From: Armatimonadota bacterium
GTDB lineage: Bacteria; Armatimonadota; SYMT01
Length of the DNA: 64,000 nt
Assembly (NCBI GenBank): GCA_041690135.1
Contig: JAWLHY010000002.1
Span: 688,342-752,341 of the forward strand
Reading direction: 5' to 3'
Under the pieces are notes generated by a model. That model saw only the letters and a list, made by a program, of their open reading frames with translations, did not search any database and was not told the DNA's origin. Within the stretch, counting starts at the first letter, position 1, and every line of letters starts with the position of its first letter. Positions 1-8,366 of this stretch are shown in pieces. The position numbers and the translations under genes are program-made.

Positions 1-61
1 TCAGTTCGGCTACTCTCTCGCGGGCGGCACGGGTGTTTCTGCAGATACCGGAGAGGAATAG
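1..61 (+). CDS. rpoA: 3' end of upstream gene, probably RNA polymerase alpha subunit (partial)
   Basis: Open frame QFGYSLAGGTGVSADTGEE* whose TAG directly abuts the rplQ ATG; rpoA-rplQ order is conserved. Call rests mostly on synteny. Confidence 0.6.
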   Translation, partial: QFGYSLAGGTGVSADTGEE

Positions 62-541
62 ATGAGGCATCGAGTTCAGGGAAGGAAGCTGGGCTTGCCG
101 TCCGACCAGCGGATGGCGCTATTGAAGGGCCTGGTACGACAGTTGTTCGCGCACAACGCGATTGTGACCACTGAGACCCGGGCGAAGGAAGTGCGCCGGA
201 TCGCCGAGCGGCTGATCACGCTGGCGCGGGAAGACACGCTCGCCAACCGGCGATTGAGCCAGAAGTATCTGACGACCCAGACACCGTATCTCGCGGTGCC
301 GAAGCCGGAAGGATACAACCGCTTGAGCCCGAACGAAAAGACCCGCGTAACCAACAAGCTGAAGGGCCGCAAGGCGGAGCGGACGGGCGTAAGCACCGAG
401 GACTTTGTCTACCGGCTCTTCAACGAGATTGCGCCGCAGTTCCAGGATCGCCCGGGTGGTTACACCCGGATGTACAAGCTGGGCTTCCGCAAGGGTGATG
501 CGGCTCCGCTCGTGCGGCTGGAGTTGGCGCTGGAGGAGTAG
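62..541 (+). CDS. rplQ: 50S ribosomal protein L17 (with internal insertion)
   Basis: MRHRVQGRKLG, IVTTETRAKE and RPGGYTR...GFRKGDAAP signatures. Confidence 0.98.
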   Translation: MRHRVQGRKLGLPSDQRMALLKGLVRQLFAHNAIVTTETRAKEVRRIAERLITLAREDTLANRRLSQKYLTTQTPYLAVPKPEGYNRLSPNEKTRVTNKLKGRKAERTGVSTEDFVYRLFNEIAPQFQDRPGGYTRMYKLGFRKGDAAPLVRLELALEE

Positions 542-544
542 TCC

Positions 545-1357
545 TTGCGCCGGCTGCGTCTGGTGCTGGAGTATGACGGGACCGACTTCTCGGGGTTCCA
601 GCGCCAGGCGCACCGGAAGACCGTTCAGGGTGCCCTGGAAGCGAGGCTGCGGACCGTGCTGGGCCATCCGGTGGAGGTCACTGCCGCCGGTAGGACGGAC
701 GCCGGGGTGCATGCCACCGGGCAGGTAGTACACTTTGACACGAACGTGCGTATTCCAGCGGATCGGCTGGAATACGCGCTCCAATATCGGACCGGTCCGG
801 ACCTGCGGATCCGGCATGTCCAGGATGTGGACGAGAGTTTTCACGCGCGCTTCGGCGCCGTGGCGCGAACGTACCATTACCTGATCTCGCCGGAGCGGCC
901 GTCTCCGGTGATGGGGCGGTATGTGGCCTGGGCAAGTGGGCTGCTGCCCGAAGCTCTGGAGCGGATGCGGGCCGCGGTTCCCGCGGTGGTGGGGACGCAC
1001 GACTTCGGCGCCTTCTGTGCAGCTGGGGCGGATGTTCACACGACAGTGCGGACGGTCACGCGAGCACAGGTCGTGCCGGTCGGGCCGCTTTTGCGCCTGG
1101 AAATCTCGGCAGATGCGTTTCTTTGGCGCATGGTGCGGAGTATCGCGGGGGAGTTGATCGAAATCGGGAGGGGCCGCCGCAATCCGGAGCGGCTGAAGCA
1201 GGCACTGGTGGGGCGGGCACGAACCGCGATATCGGTGAGTGCTCCGCCGAGCGGGCTCTTCCTGGTGAAGGTAGACTATCCGGATGGGTATCCTGGCTCG
1301 GGTGAGGATGCGGTCGGTCCGGTAACGGATTGGCAGAAGTTTTGTTTTATGCGATGA
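545..1357 (+). CDS. truA: tRNA pseudouridine(38-40) synthase
   Basis: YDGTDFSGFQ, AGRTDAGVHA, FHARF, FLWRMVR; TTG start. Confidence 0.97.
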   Translation: MRRLRLVLEYDGTDFSGFQRQAHRKTVQGALEARLRTVLGHPVEVTAAGRTDAGVHATGQVVHFDTNVRIPADRLEYALQYRTGPDLRIRHVQDVDESFHARFGAVARTYHYLISPERPSPVMGRYVAWASGLLPEALERMRAAVPAVVGTHDFGAFCAAGADVHTTVRTVTRAQVVPVGPLLRLEISADAFLWRMVRSIAGELIEIGRGRRNPERLKQALVGRARTAISVSAPPSGLFLVKVDYPDGYPGSGEDAVGPVTDWQKFCFMR

Positions 1358-1412
1358 TAGGGCGCGGCGCCGGGCGCAGCGCGGTCGTCGGTGATCTGGA
1401 GAGCGAATTCCG

Positions 1413-1838
1413 ATGAAGACCTTTATGGCAAAGGCGGAGACGATCCAGCGGGAATGGTGGGTGGTGGATGCCACCGACAAGCCGCTGGGCCGGTTGGCCG
1501 CTGAGGTGGCCGCAATTCTGCGGGGTAAGCACAAGCCCACCTTTACCCCCCACATGGACTCCGGCGATCACGTGATTGTGATCAATGCGGACAAGGTGGT
1601 GCTGACGGGCAGCAAGGGCGAGGAGCGGATTTACTGGCACTCCCAGTATCCCGGTGGTCTCAAGTCCGTGACCAAGGCGGCGATGCACGAGAACAAGCCG
1701 GAGCGCCTGGTCGAGCGTACGATCAAAGGCATGCTTCCGCACAACCGGCTCGGTGCGCAGATGTACCGCAAGCTGAAGGTGTATGCCGGTGCGAGCCATC
1801 CGCATGAAGCGCAGGGCCCGAAGCCGCGCGAGATTTAA
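1413..1838 (+). CDS. rplM: 50S ribosomal protein L13
   Basis: [39 protein letters not shown]. Confidence 0.99.
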   Translation: MKTFMAKAETIQREWWVVDATDKPLGRLAAEVAAILRGKHKPTFTPHMDSGDHVIVINADKVVLTGSKGEERIYWHSQYPGGLKSVTKAAMHENKPERLVERTIKGMLPHNRLGAQMYRKLKVYAGASHPHEAQGPKPREI

Positions 1839-1865
1839 GATCCAGTTGAGAGTTGGAGGACTAGA

Positions 1866-2267
1866 TTGGCCGACGGAACCCTAACCTATTACGCCACGGG
1901 TCACCGGAAGAACGCCACCGCGAAGGTGTGGCTGGTTCCGGGCGGCTCGGGTACGATCACCGTGAACGGGCGGCCGGTGGAGGACTATGTCCAGCGCCGG
2001 GCCCTGGAAATGCTCGTTCAGCAGCCGTTTGAGATGACCGAGACCGTGGGGCAGTACGACGTGCGCGCCAAGGTACTCGGCGGCGGGATTTCCGGCCAGG
2101 CCGGCGCGCTCCGCCACGGAATCTCGAAGGCGCTCGTTGTCGCCGATCCGGAGTTCCGGCCGCCGCTGCGCCGGAACGGATTCCTCACGCGTGACCCGCG
2201 GGTGAAGGAACGGAAGAAGTACGGCCGCAAGCGCGCCCGGCGCGGGTTCCAGTTCAGCAAGCGCTAA
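1866..2267 (+). CDS. rpsI: 30S ribosomal protein S9
   Basis: [25 protein letters not shown]-terminal QFSKR; TTG start after GGAGG. Confidence 0.99.
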   Translation: MADGTLTYYATGHRKNATAKVWLVPGGSGTITVNGRPVEDYVQRRALEMLVQQPFEMTETVGQYDVRAKVLGGGISGQAGALRHGISKALVVADPEFRPPLRRNGFLTRDPRVKERKKYGRKRARRGFQFSKR

Positions 2268-2306
2268 TCGCGAACTGATCTGGGGCTTCGGACCTGGAGC
2301 TTGGAT

Positions 2307-2345
2307 GCACACGCCCGCAGCACCCGCTGCGGGCGTGTGCTTTGT
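2307..2345 (+). terminator. Intrinsic terminator after rpsI
   Basis: Perfect 15-bp stem GCACACGCCCGCAGC-accc-GCTGCGGGCGTGTGC followed by TTTGT. Confidence 0.85.
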
Positions 2346-2513
2346 CTGGCGGAAGACTGGAAGTTCGTGGAACTCGGGCCGCAGGCTCGGCCGTCCTTTA
2401 CGTGGCACGTGTTTTCTCTCCCCCATAGAATCTCAACGTAGGAGTAGCGGGACCGGGTGGTGAACAACCCGGCGGACGTCTACCTCTGAGCTGCTTGCGC
2501 GCATACCAACTGG

Positions 2514-3521
2514 ATGGCACTGCTACACCGATTTCTCACCCTTGCCGCGGTCATAGCCGCTCCCGTCGCACCCGCGAAGGCCGATCTGCAAGTGTCGCTG
2601 CAGAATGCGCCCGCAGCCTCGGCTACCGCTGCGAGCGCTCGTACCGGCAAGAAAGTAGGCGGTAAGTCGGTCGCAATGAGCAAAGGGAGGCCGGTCGGGA
2701 AGGCGCCCGCGGTTCAGCGGGGAAGTCTGGCTTCGCGCTCGATGCCGCAGCAGGTGGGAGTGATGCGCCGGGGTGGGCCGCCGGTATTGCCGCCCATTGG
2801 TTCCACGTCGCTTGTGCCCGAGAGTGCACAGGCCGAGGCGGTGGAGACCTCTCCGGTGGCGGTGGATGCGCGCCTCGGGCGCATGATCGCTTATTCCACG
2901 GACGTCTACCGGCTTCCGGATCCTCGTTCCCAGTGGGTGGGCCGTCTGATGCAGGGGCAGCAGGTGGCGATTGTAAGCCAATGGGAAGGGTGGTACGCGG
3001 TGGTCATGGGGAACGGGAGCCAGGCGTACGTCCCGATGACTTCGGTGGAAGTGCTTCCCTATCAGGTGAAGTCGGTTACGCCAGTCGCTCCTAAACCGGC
3101 GCCCACGCCCACTGCCGGCGTGACGCAGATGGGCGGGGGGACGACGGCGGCCGCGGGTAACTTCGCGCGGGCGCTGATCCAGGAGGCGTTCAAGTACGAG
3201 GGGATGCCTTACGTCTACGGCGGCAACGGCGACGGCGGAATCGATTGCTCGGGCCTCGTAAAGAATTGCTACCGTTCGATAGGCCTGAATCTTCCCCGGC
3301 GGGCGAGCGAGCAGGCGCAGGTAGGTCAAGCGGTGCGCCTGGATCAACTCCAACCTGGTGACCGCCTGTATTTCTCGGTGAAGCGCCAGTTCGATCATAC
3401 CGGGATCTATCTTGGCAACGGTTACTTCATCCATGCCTCCGGCTCTCGCAAAAAGGTTACCGTCGATCACCTATCCACCGCGCTGTATGGGAAGAATCTG
3501 GAAAGCGCCCGCCGCTTCTAG
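2514..3521 (+). CDS. Secreted SH3b + NlpC/P60 (C40) cell-wall peptidase
   Basis: Signal peptide; SH3-like segment (EGWYAV...AYVP); PYVYGG..GIDCSGLV, DHTGIY, FIHAS (Cys-His-His). Confidence 0.92.
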   Translation: MALLHRFLTLAAVIAAPVAPAKADLQVSLQNAPAASATAASARTGKKVGGKSVAMSKGRPVGKAPAVQRGSLASRSMPQQVGVMRRGGPPVLPPIGSTSLVPESAQAEAVETSPVAVDARLGRMIAYSTDVYRLPDPRSQWVGRLMQGQQVAIVSQWEGWYAVVMGNGSQAYVPMTSVEVLPYQVKSVTPVAPKPAPTPTAGVTQMGGGTTAAAGNFARALIQEAFKYEGMPYVYGGNGDGGIDCSGLVKNCYRSIGLNLPRRASEQAQVGQAVRLDQLQPGDRLYFSVKRQFDHTGIYLGNGYFIHASGSRKKVTVDHLSTALYGKNLESARRF

Positions 3522-3536
3522 TGATAGACTAGTTCC

Positions 3537-4577
3537 ATGACGCGCATTGGTATCATCGGAGCCCGCGGTTTCGCCGGCGGGGAGCTTCTCCGCCTGTGCC
3601 TGGGGCATCCCCACTTTGAGGTCACGTACGTTACTTCCGAGTCACAGGAAGGGGCGGCGGTGACCGAGAGCTTTCCTGGACTTCTCGGCGCCACGGAGTT
3701 GCGCTATTCCGCCTTCGACGAGGAGCAGGCAGTCGCGGCCGCGGATGCATTCTTTTTCGCGCTCCCCGACGGCCAGGCCATGGCCCGGGCCGAGGCGCTC
3801 TTGAATGCCGGTAAGAAGGTCGTGGATGTCTCCGGCGATTTCCGCGTGAGCGATCGCGAGAATTACGAGCGGTGGTACGGGCGGACGCACCTTTCGCCTC
3901 ACTTGCTGGAGAAGGCCGCGTACGGGCTGCCGGAGATCCGCACCGATGTCCGGGAAGCAAGTCTAATTGCCAATCCGGGGTGTTACCCGTCCGCCATACT
4001 TCTCGCCGTGGCTCCGCTGTTCGCGGCCGGGCTGGCGGAGACGGATAGCCTGATAGCGGATGCAAAGAGTGGGGTGTCGGGAGCGGGCGGTCGGTCGGCT
4101 CTCGATCCGGCTTACTCCTTTGCGGCGATTACGGACAACTTCCGGGCGTACAGCGTCACGGGGCACCGGCATATCGCCGAGATGGAGCAGGAGTTGTCGC
4201 GGCTGGCAGGGGCCGAGGTCTCGATGCTGTTTACTCCGCACCTGTTGCCGCTGATGCGGGGGATCCTCGCCACCTGTTATGTGCGGTTGAAGGAGAAGAC
4301 CACCGCCGCGGAGTTGACGGCCCGCTACCGCGACTTCTACCGCGGTGCGCCCTTCGTGCACATGCTAGAGCAAACGCTGCCGGAGCTGAGATACGTGCAG
4401 GGTTCCAACGCCTGCCACATCGGCGTCCGGTTCGACGAGCGGACGCAGCGCGCCGTCTGCGTCAGCGCGATCGACAATCTGGTCAAGGGGGCAGCCGGCT
4501 CCGCGGTGCAGAACATGAACCTGATCTGCGGTTACGAGGAAACCGCGGGTCTCCGCGGTCCTGCTTTTGGTCCCTAA
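3537..4577 (+). CDS. argC: N-acetyl-gamma-glutamyl-phosphate reductase
   Basis: IANPGCY, SGVSGAG, IDNLVKGAAG.AVQNMN. Confidence 0.98.
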   Translation: MTRIGIIGARGFAGGELLRLCLGHPHFEVTYVTSESQEGAAVTESFPGLLGATELRYSAFDEEQAVAAADAFFFALPDGQAMARAEALLNAGKKVVDVSGDFRVSDRENYERWYGRTHLSPHLLEKAAYGLPEIRTDVREASLIANPGCYPSAILLAVAPLFAAGLAETDSLIADAKSGVSGAGGRSALDPAYSFAAITDNFRAYSVTGHRHIAEMEQELSRLAGAEVSMLFTPHLLPLMRGILATCYVRLKEKTTAAELTARYRDFYRGAPFVHMLEQTLPELRYVQGSNACHIGVRFDERTQRAVCVSAIDNLVKGAAGSAVQNMNLICGYEETAGLRGPAFGP

Positions 4578-4634
4578 CGGGCGCAGGATCTCCAGCAGTT
4601 TAGCCGCTGCGCTCCTCGAGGTTACCCCGACGCA

Positions 4635-4713
4635 GCGATAGGGAAAGGCTCGCTTCCGAACCCCGGCGGCGCCTGGCCGCGAGTGAGGTGCGGTACGAAC
4701 CCTTCCCTTTCGC
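4635..4713. repeat. Imperfect long inverted repeat between convergent argC and KGG genes
   Basis: GCGATAGGGAAAGGCTCGCTTCCGAACC pairs imperfectly with GGTGCGGTACGAACCCTTCCCTTTCGC. Confidence 0.6.
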
Positions 4714-4741
4714 TCGGGTCTATCGATAAGCCGGGTGAGCT

Positions 4742-4936
4742 TTACTCTTCCGTTTGTTGAGCGCGCTTGCCCTGCTCGATGAGCTGCTTGACCTTCTGGC
4801 CGCCCTTACGCCCGATTTCTTCGTAGAATTGGGGCCCATGGCGCTGTGCCGTTACTTCACCGCCCTTGCGGCCGGCTTCTCGAACGGTCATGCCTCCGGA
4901 TCGCTTGGTAGTGTCCTTCTGTTTCTTCTCTGCCAT
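4742..4936 (-). CDS. KGG-motif general stress protein (GsiB/YciG/Em-like)
   Basis: MTVREAGRKGG...FYEEIGRKGG; ATG at 4936 preceded by AGGAGG. Confidence 0.92.
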   Translation of the reverse strand: MAEKKQKDTTKRSGGMTVREAGRKGGEVTAQRHGPQFYEEIGRKGGQKVKQLIEQGKRAQQTEE

Positions 4937-5064
4937 TCGTGTCCTCCTGAATTCTCCGCGGTCCTTTTCCGCCGGACGGGCAGCCTCACCGCACCGACCC
5001 GGACGCAAAGCGCCCCAGGAAAAGGTTTCCCCCGAACCCAGGCTCGTCTGCGTTCGCTCGGTCT

Positions 5065-5091
5065 ATACCCCTTCAAGTCGAATAACGAAAC
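5065..5091 (-). promoter_or_regulatory. SigB/SigF-type promoter for KGG stress gene
   Basis: Minus strand GTTT-N17-GGGTAT upstream of a general stress gene. Confidence 0.7.
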
Positions 5092-5117
5092 CGACCGGAC
5101 ACAAACAGGCGTAGCGG

Positions 5118-5146
5118 TTGACCCTCTGGCGTGAGATAGCTATAAT
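5118..5146 (+). promoter_or_regulatory. Sigma70/SigA promoter for argJB
   Basis: TTGACC-N17-TATAAT. Confidence 0.85.
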
Positions 5147-5225
5147 CTCGACTAGGCCCCGGCACTGCAGTAGTGCGGGGGTGTTTTTGCTTCGGGTCCA
5201 GTAGCGTAAGGAGACGCGTCTCGTT

Positions 5226-6434
5226 ATGGCCCAGGTTACCCCGCTTTCCGGTTCGGTATGCGCACCCCAGGGATTTCGGGCCTCCGGCGTGGCTGCCGGC
5301 ATCAAGCCTTCCGGAAACCCCGACGTGGCCCTGATCGTTTCGGATGTTCCGTGCAACGCGGCCGCGGTGTTCACGACAAACCGCGTATGTGCCGCTCCGG
5401 TCCTCGTAAGCCGCGAGCATCTGGAAGACGGCCGCGCGCGCGCCATCGTGGTGAATGCCGGCAACGCGAACGCATGCACCGGCGAGCAGGGGATGCGGGA
5501 TGCGCGCCGGATGGCGGAACTGACGGCCGGGGCGGTGGGGGTGGACCCTCGGGAAGTGATTGTGTGCTCCACGGGGGTGATCGGGCGCCCGATGCCGATG
5601 GCGCACCTGGAGATCGGCATCGCCCGAGCCGCGGCAGAGTTGTCTCCCCATGGCGACGCACAGGCTGCCCGGGCGATCATCACCACCGATACGCGGCCGA
5701 AGGAATGCGCGGTGGAGGTCCGGATCGAGGATCGCATCGTCCGGATCGGCGGGATGTGCAAGGGCAGCGGGATGATCGCTCCGAACATGGCGACCATGCT
5801 GGCCTTCCTGACCACCGACGCGGAGATCTGGCCGGAGGTGCTGCGGCCGGCCCTGGTCGCGGCTACGGAGCGGACCTTCAACTGCGTAACGGTGGACGGC
5901 GATTGCTCCACGAATGACACGCTGGCTATCCTGGCGAATGGGCGCTCCGGGGTGCGGATCACCCCCGGCACTCCCGCTCATCGCGCTTTCTGTGACGGTC
6001 TCCTGGAAGTCTGCACCGAACTGGCGAAGGAACTGGCTCGCGATGGAGAAGGGGCGACGAAACTGGTCACCGTGGAGGTCCGGGGGGCGCGTTCGGCGGC
6101 GCAGGCCCGGCAAATAGCGAAGACCATCGCCAACTCCCCCTTGGTCAAGACCGCCCTTTTTGGCAACGATCCGAACTGGGGCCGCATCCTCTGCGCGGCC
6201 GGCTACAGCGGGGTGCCCCTCGACCCCGCCAGGCTGGCTTTGTCCGTGGGCGGTATCCCCCTGGTCGAGAGCGGCGAGCCGATCCCGTTTGACGAAGCCA
6301 CCGCTAGCGCGGCCATGAAGGTCTCGGAGTTACCGATCGTCCTCGATCTGAACCTCGGGAAGCACGACGCCACGGTTTACACCTGCGACTTCAGTTACGA
6401 CTACGTACGCATCAATGCGGAATACACGACCTGA
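5226..6434 (+). CDS. argJ: Glutamate N-acetyltransferase / ornithine acetyltransferase
   Basis: GNANACTG, STGVIG, KGSGMIAPNMATML, DGEGATK, DPNWGRI, INAEYTT. Confidence 0.98.
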   Translation: MAQVTPLSGSVCAPQGFRASGVAAGIKPSGNPDVALIVSDVPCNAAAVFTTNRVCAAPVLVSREHLEDGRARAIVVNAGNANACTGEQGMRDARRMAELTAGAVGVDPREVIVCSTGVIGRPMPMAHLEIGIARAAAELSPHGDAQAARAIITTDTRPKECAVEVRIEDRIVRIGGMCKGSGMIAPNMATMLAFLTTDAEIWPEVLRPALVAATERTFNCVTVDGDCSTNDTLAILANGRSGVRITPGTPAHRAFCDGLLEVCTELAKELARDGEGATKLVTVEVRGARSAAQARQIAKTIANSPLVKTALFGNDPNWGRILCAAGYSGVPLDPARLALSVGGIPLVESGEPIPFDEATASAAMKVSELPIVLDLNLGKHDATVYTCDFSYDYVRINAEYTT

Positions 6435-6438
6435 TCCC

Positions 6439-7299
6439 ATGAACCACTCCGAAAGGGCCCAGATTCTGATAGAGGCACTGCCGTATTTGCGGAAGTGGCA
6501 TGGCAAAACCGTCGTCGTGAAGTACGGCGGCGCGGCCATGACCGACGAGGCGCTGAAGCACCAGGTAATGCAGGACGTGGTCCTCATGCATTACGTGGGC
6601 ATCAACCCGATCCTGATCCACGGCGGTGGCCCGGAGGTCTCCGACGCGATGAAGCGGGTGGGTAAGGAGCCGGTCTTCGTCCGCGGTTTGCGCGTCACGG
6701 ACGCGGAGACGGTGGAGATCGCCGAGATGGTGCTGGCGGGCAAGACGAACAAGGGCATCGTCTCCCTCATCCACCAGCATGGCGGCCGGGCCGTGGGGCT
6801 CTCCGGCAAGGACGGGTACCTCTTCGTGGCGCGTAAGATGGAGATGGAAGGGGCCGACCTCGGCTTTGTGGGCGAAGTCGAGCAGGTGAACACCCACGTC
6901 ATCACCACCCTCGTGGCCGGCGGCTATATCCCGGTGATCTGCAGCGTGGCGGTAGGTGCGAACGGCGAAACGTTCAATATCAACGCGGACCACGTCGCCG
7001 GCCGCCTCGCCGCCGAGTTGAAGGCCGAGAAGTTGATCCTCCTGACCGACGTGCGCGGCATCCTGGAGGATGTGAAGCGTCCCGACTCGCTGCTGTCCCA
7101 GATCGATGCCGCCCGCGCTCGCGACCTGATTGCCACCGGCAAAGTGGACCGCGGCATGATCCCCAAGGTCGAGTCCTGTCTTATGGCGTTAGACGGTGGA
7201 GTGCCGCGTACCCATATCCTGGATGGGCGCGATCCTCACTGCCTCCTCACCGAACTCTTCACGGACTCCGGCGTCGGTACGATGATCACCTCGAACTAA
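6439..7299 (+). CDS. argB: Acetylglutamate kinase
   Basis: VVKYGGAAM, HGGGP, GLRVTD, NINAD, GMIPKV; start placed at ATG 6439. Confidence 0.98.
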   Translation: MNHSERAQILIEALPYLRKWHGKTVVVKYGGAAMTDEALKHQVMQDVVLMHYVGINPILIHGGGPEVSDAMKRVGKEPVFVRGLRVTDAETVEIAEMVLAGKTNKGIVSLIHQHGGRAVGLSGKDGYLFVARKMEMEGADLGFVGEVEQVNTHVITTLVAGGYIPVICSVAVGANGETFNINADHVAGRLAAELKAEKLILLTDVRGILEDVKRPDSLLSQIDAARARDLIATGKVDRGMIPKVESCLMALDGGVPRTHILDGRDPHCLLTELFTDSGVGTMITSN

Positions 7300-7418
7300 A
7301 GGGCATAGACGGGCAATTACCCGGTAGAAATCCCGCTACTATCCTGAGCTCCCTGGCGTCTAACAGAGGATCGAATCTCCTTTTGACCTCGATCGGACGT
7401 TTCTCGCAGGAGGGCGAT

Positions 7419-8366
7419 ATGCGCTGGATAGCACTGCTGGCGGTGTGCTGTGCCTGGGTTGGTTTCGTGCCGCAGAGGCGAGCCGTGGCCCAAACCGGCC
7501 AGGTAGTTTCCCTGAATTCCGAATTGCAGTTGGCAAGCCTGGCCCGGCTCTTGAGCCGGAGTACCGGCGAAACCTACGAAGTAGACCCGGCACTGCGGCA
7601 GCACCGCGGAAAAGTCAGTCTTTCCCGGGTAGCCCAAGAGGAGGTGCCGCAGCAACTCCGGAAGCAGTTGGCTCCCCAGATTCCGGGTGTGGTCGTGGAA
7701 CGGCGCGGGGAAGCCTGGGTGATTGCGTTGGAGAAAGGCGTGCCGGTTCCGCCGATCCTCGCGCCTAACGCCTCACCGTTGGGGCGAGTGACCACCGTGC
7801 TGGGGGGAGTACCCCTGCGCAAAGCGTATCGTCTCCTCTTCGAAGAGGCCCCCGGTGTACGGAAGGCCAGTCCCTTCACCGTGAGCGTGGATGAGAACGT
7901 GCCGGACATCCCGGTCTCTCTCGTCCATTCCGCCAACGATGAGACGCTGCTCATCAGACTGCTCACCCGAATGGCAGCCTCCTCGCAGCGAGATCTTCGC
8001 ATGGTGCGGACCGATGACCAGTTCAAGATCGGCATTCGGCCGGATGTTCGGGACGAGTTTGGTCTCTTCCCCCCGGTCGTTGCGCCGCAGAACCCGCGTG
8101 ACCGGCGCATAGTCAGCGCGTTCGAACGCTTTCCGCTGCGCGATGCGATCCGGATGGTTGCCTCCAGAACCGCCACTCCTTCCGGACGGGAGCGCGGGTT
8201 CGAAGTGGATGAGAAGGTGGCGAACACGCCGGTCACATTCAAGCTGATCACGCACGACCCGAACGTCCTGCTGCGGTCCTTCCTGGCGGAAGCCCGGAAG
8301 CAGATCAGGGGGCTTTCGTCGGAAGTCACCGATGAGAAGGTGATTCTGAAGTACACGGAACCCTAG
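7419..8366 (+). CDS. Secreted hypothetical protein with about three STN/secretin-N-like repeats
   Basis: Signal peptide after AGGAGG; three segments of pattern L..a.R.l....f.VD.....pV. Confidence 0.55.
   Translation: MRWIALLAVCCAWVGFVPQRRAVAQTGQVVSLNSELQLASLARLLSRSTGETYEVDPALRQHRGKVSLSRVAQEEVPQQLRKQLAPQIPGVVVERRGEAWVIALEKGVPVPPILAPNASPLGRVTTVLGGVPLRKAYRLLFEEAPGVRKASPFTVSVDENVPDIPVSLVHSANDETLLIRLLTRMAASSQRDLRMVRTDDQFKIGIRPDVRDEFGLFPPVVAPQNPRDRRIVSAFERFPLRDAIRMVASRTATPSGRERGFEVDEKVANTPVTFKLITHDPNVLLRSFLAEARKQIRGLSSEVTDEKVILKYTEP

Noticed and set aside
2400-2513. Riboswitch (c-di-AMP) or sigma54 promoter upstream of NlpC/P60
   Set aside because: A small hairpin is present but I see no ydaO consensus blocks; TGGCAC lacks the -12 TTGC.
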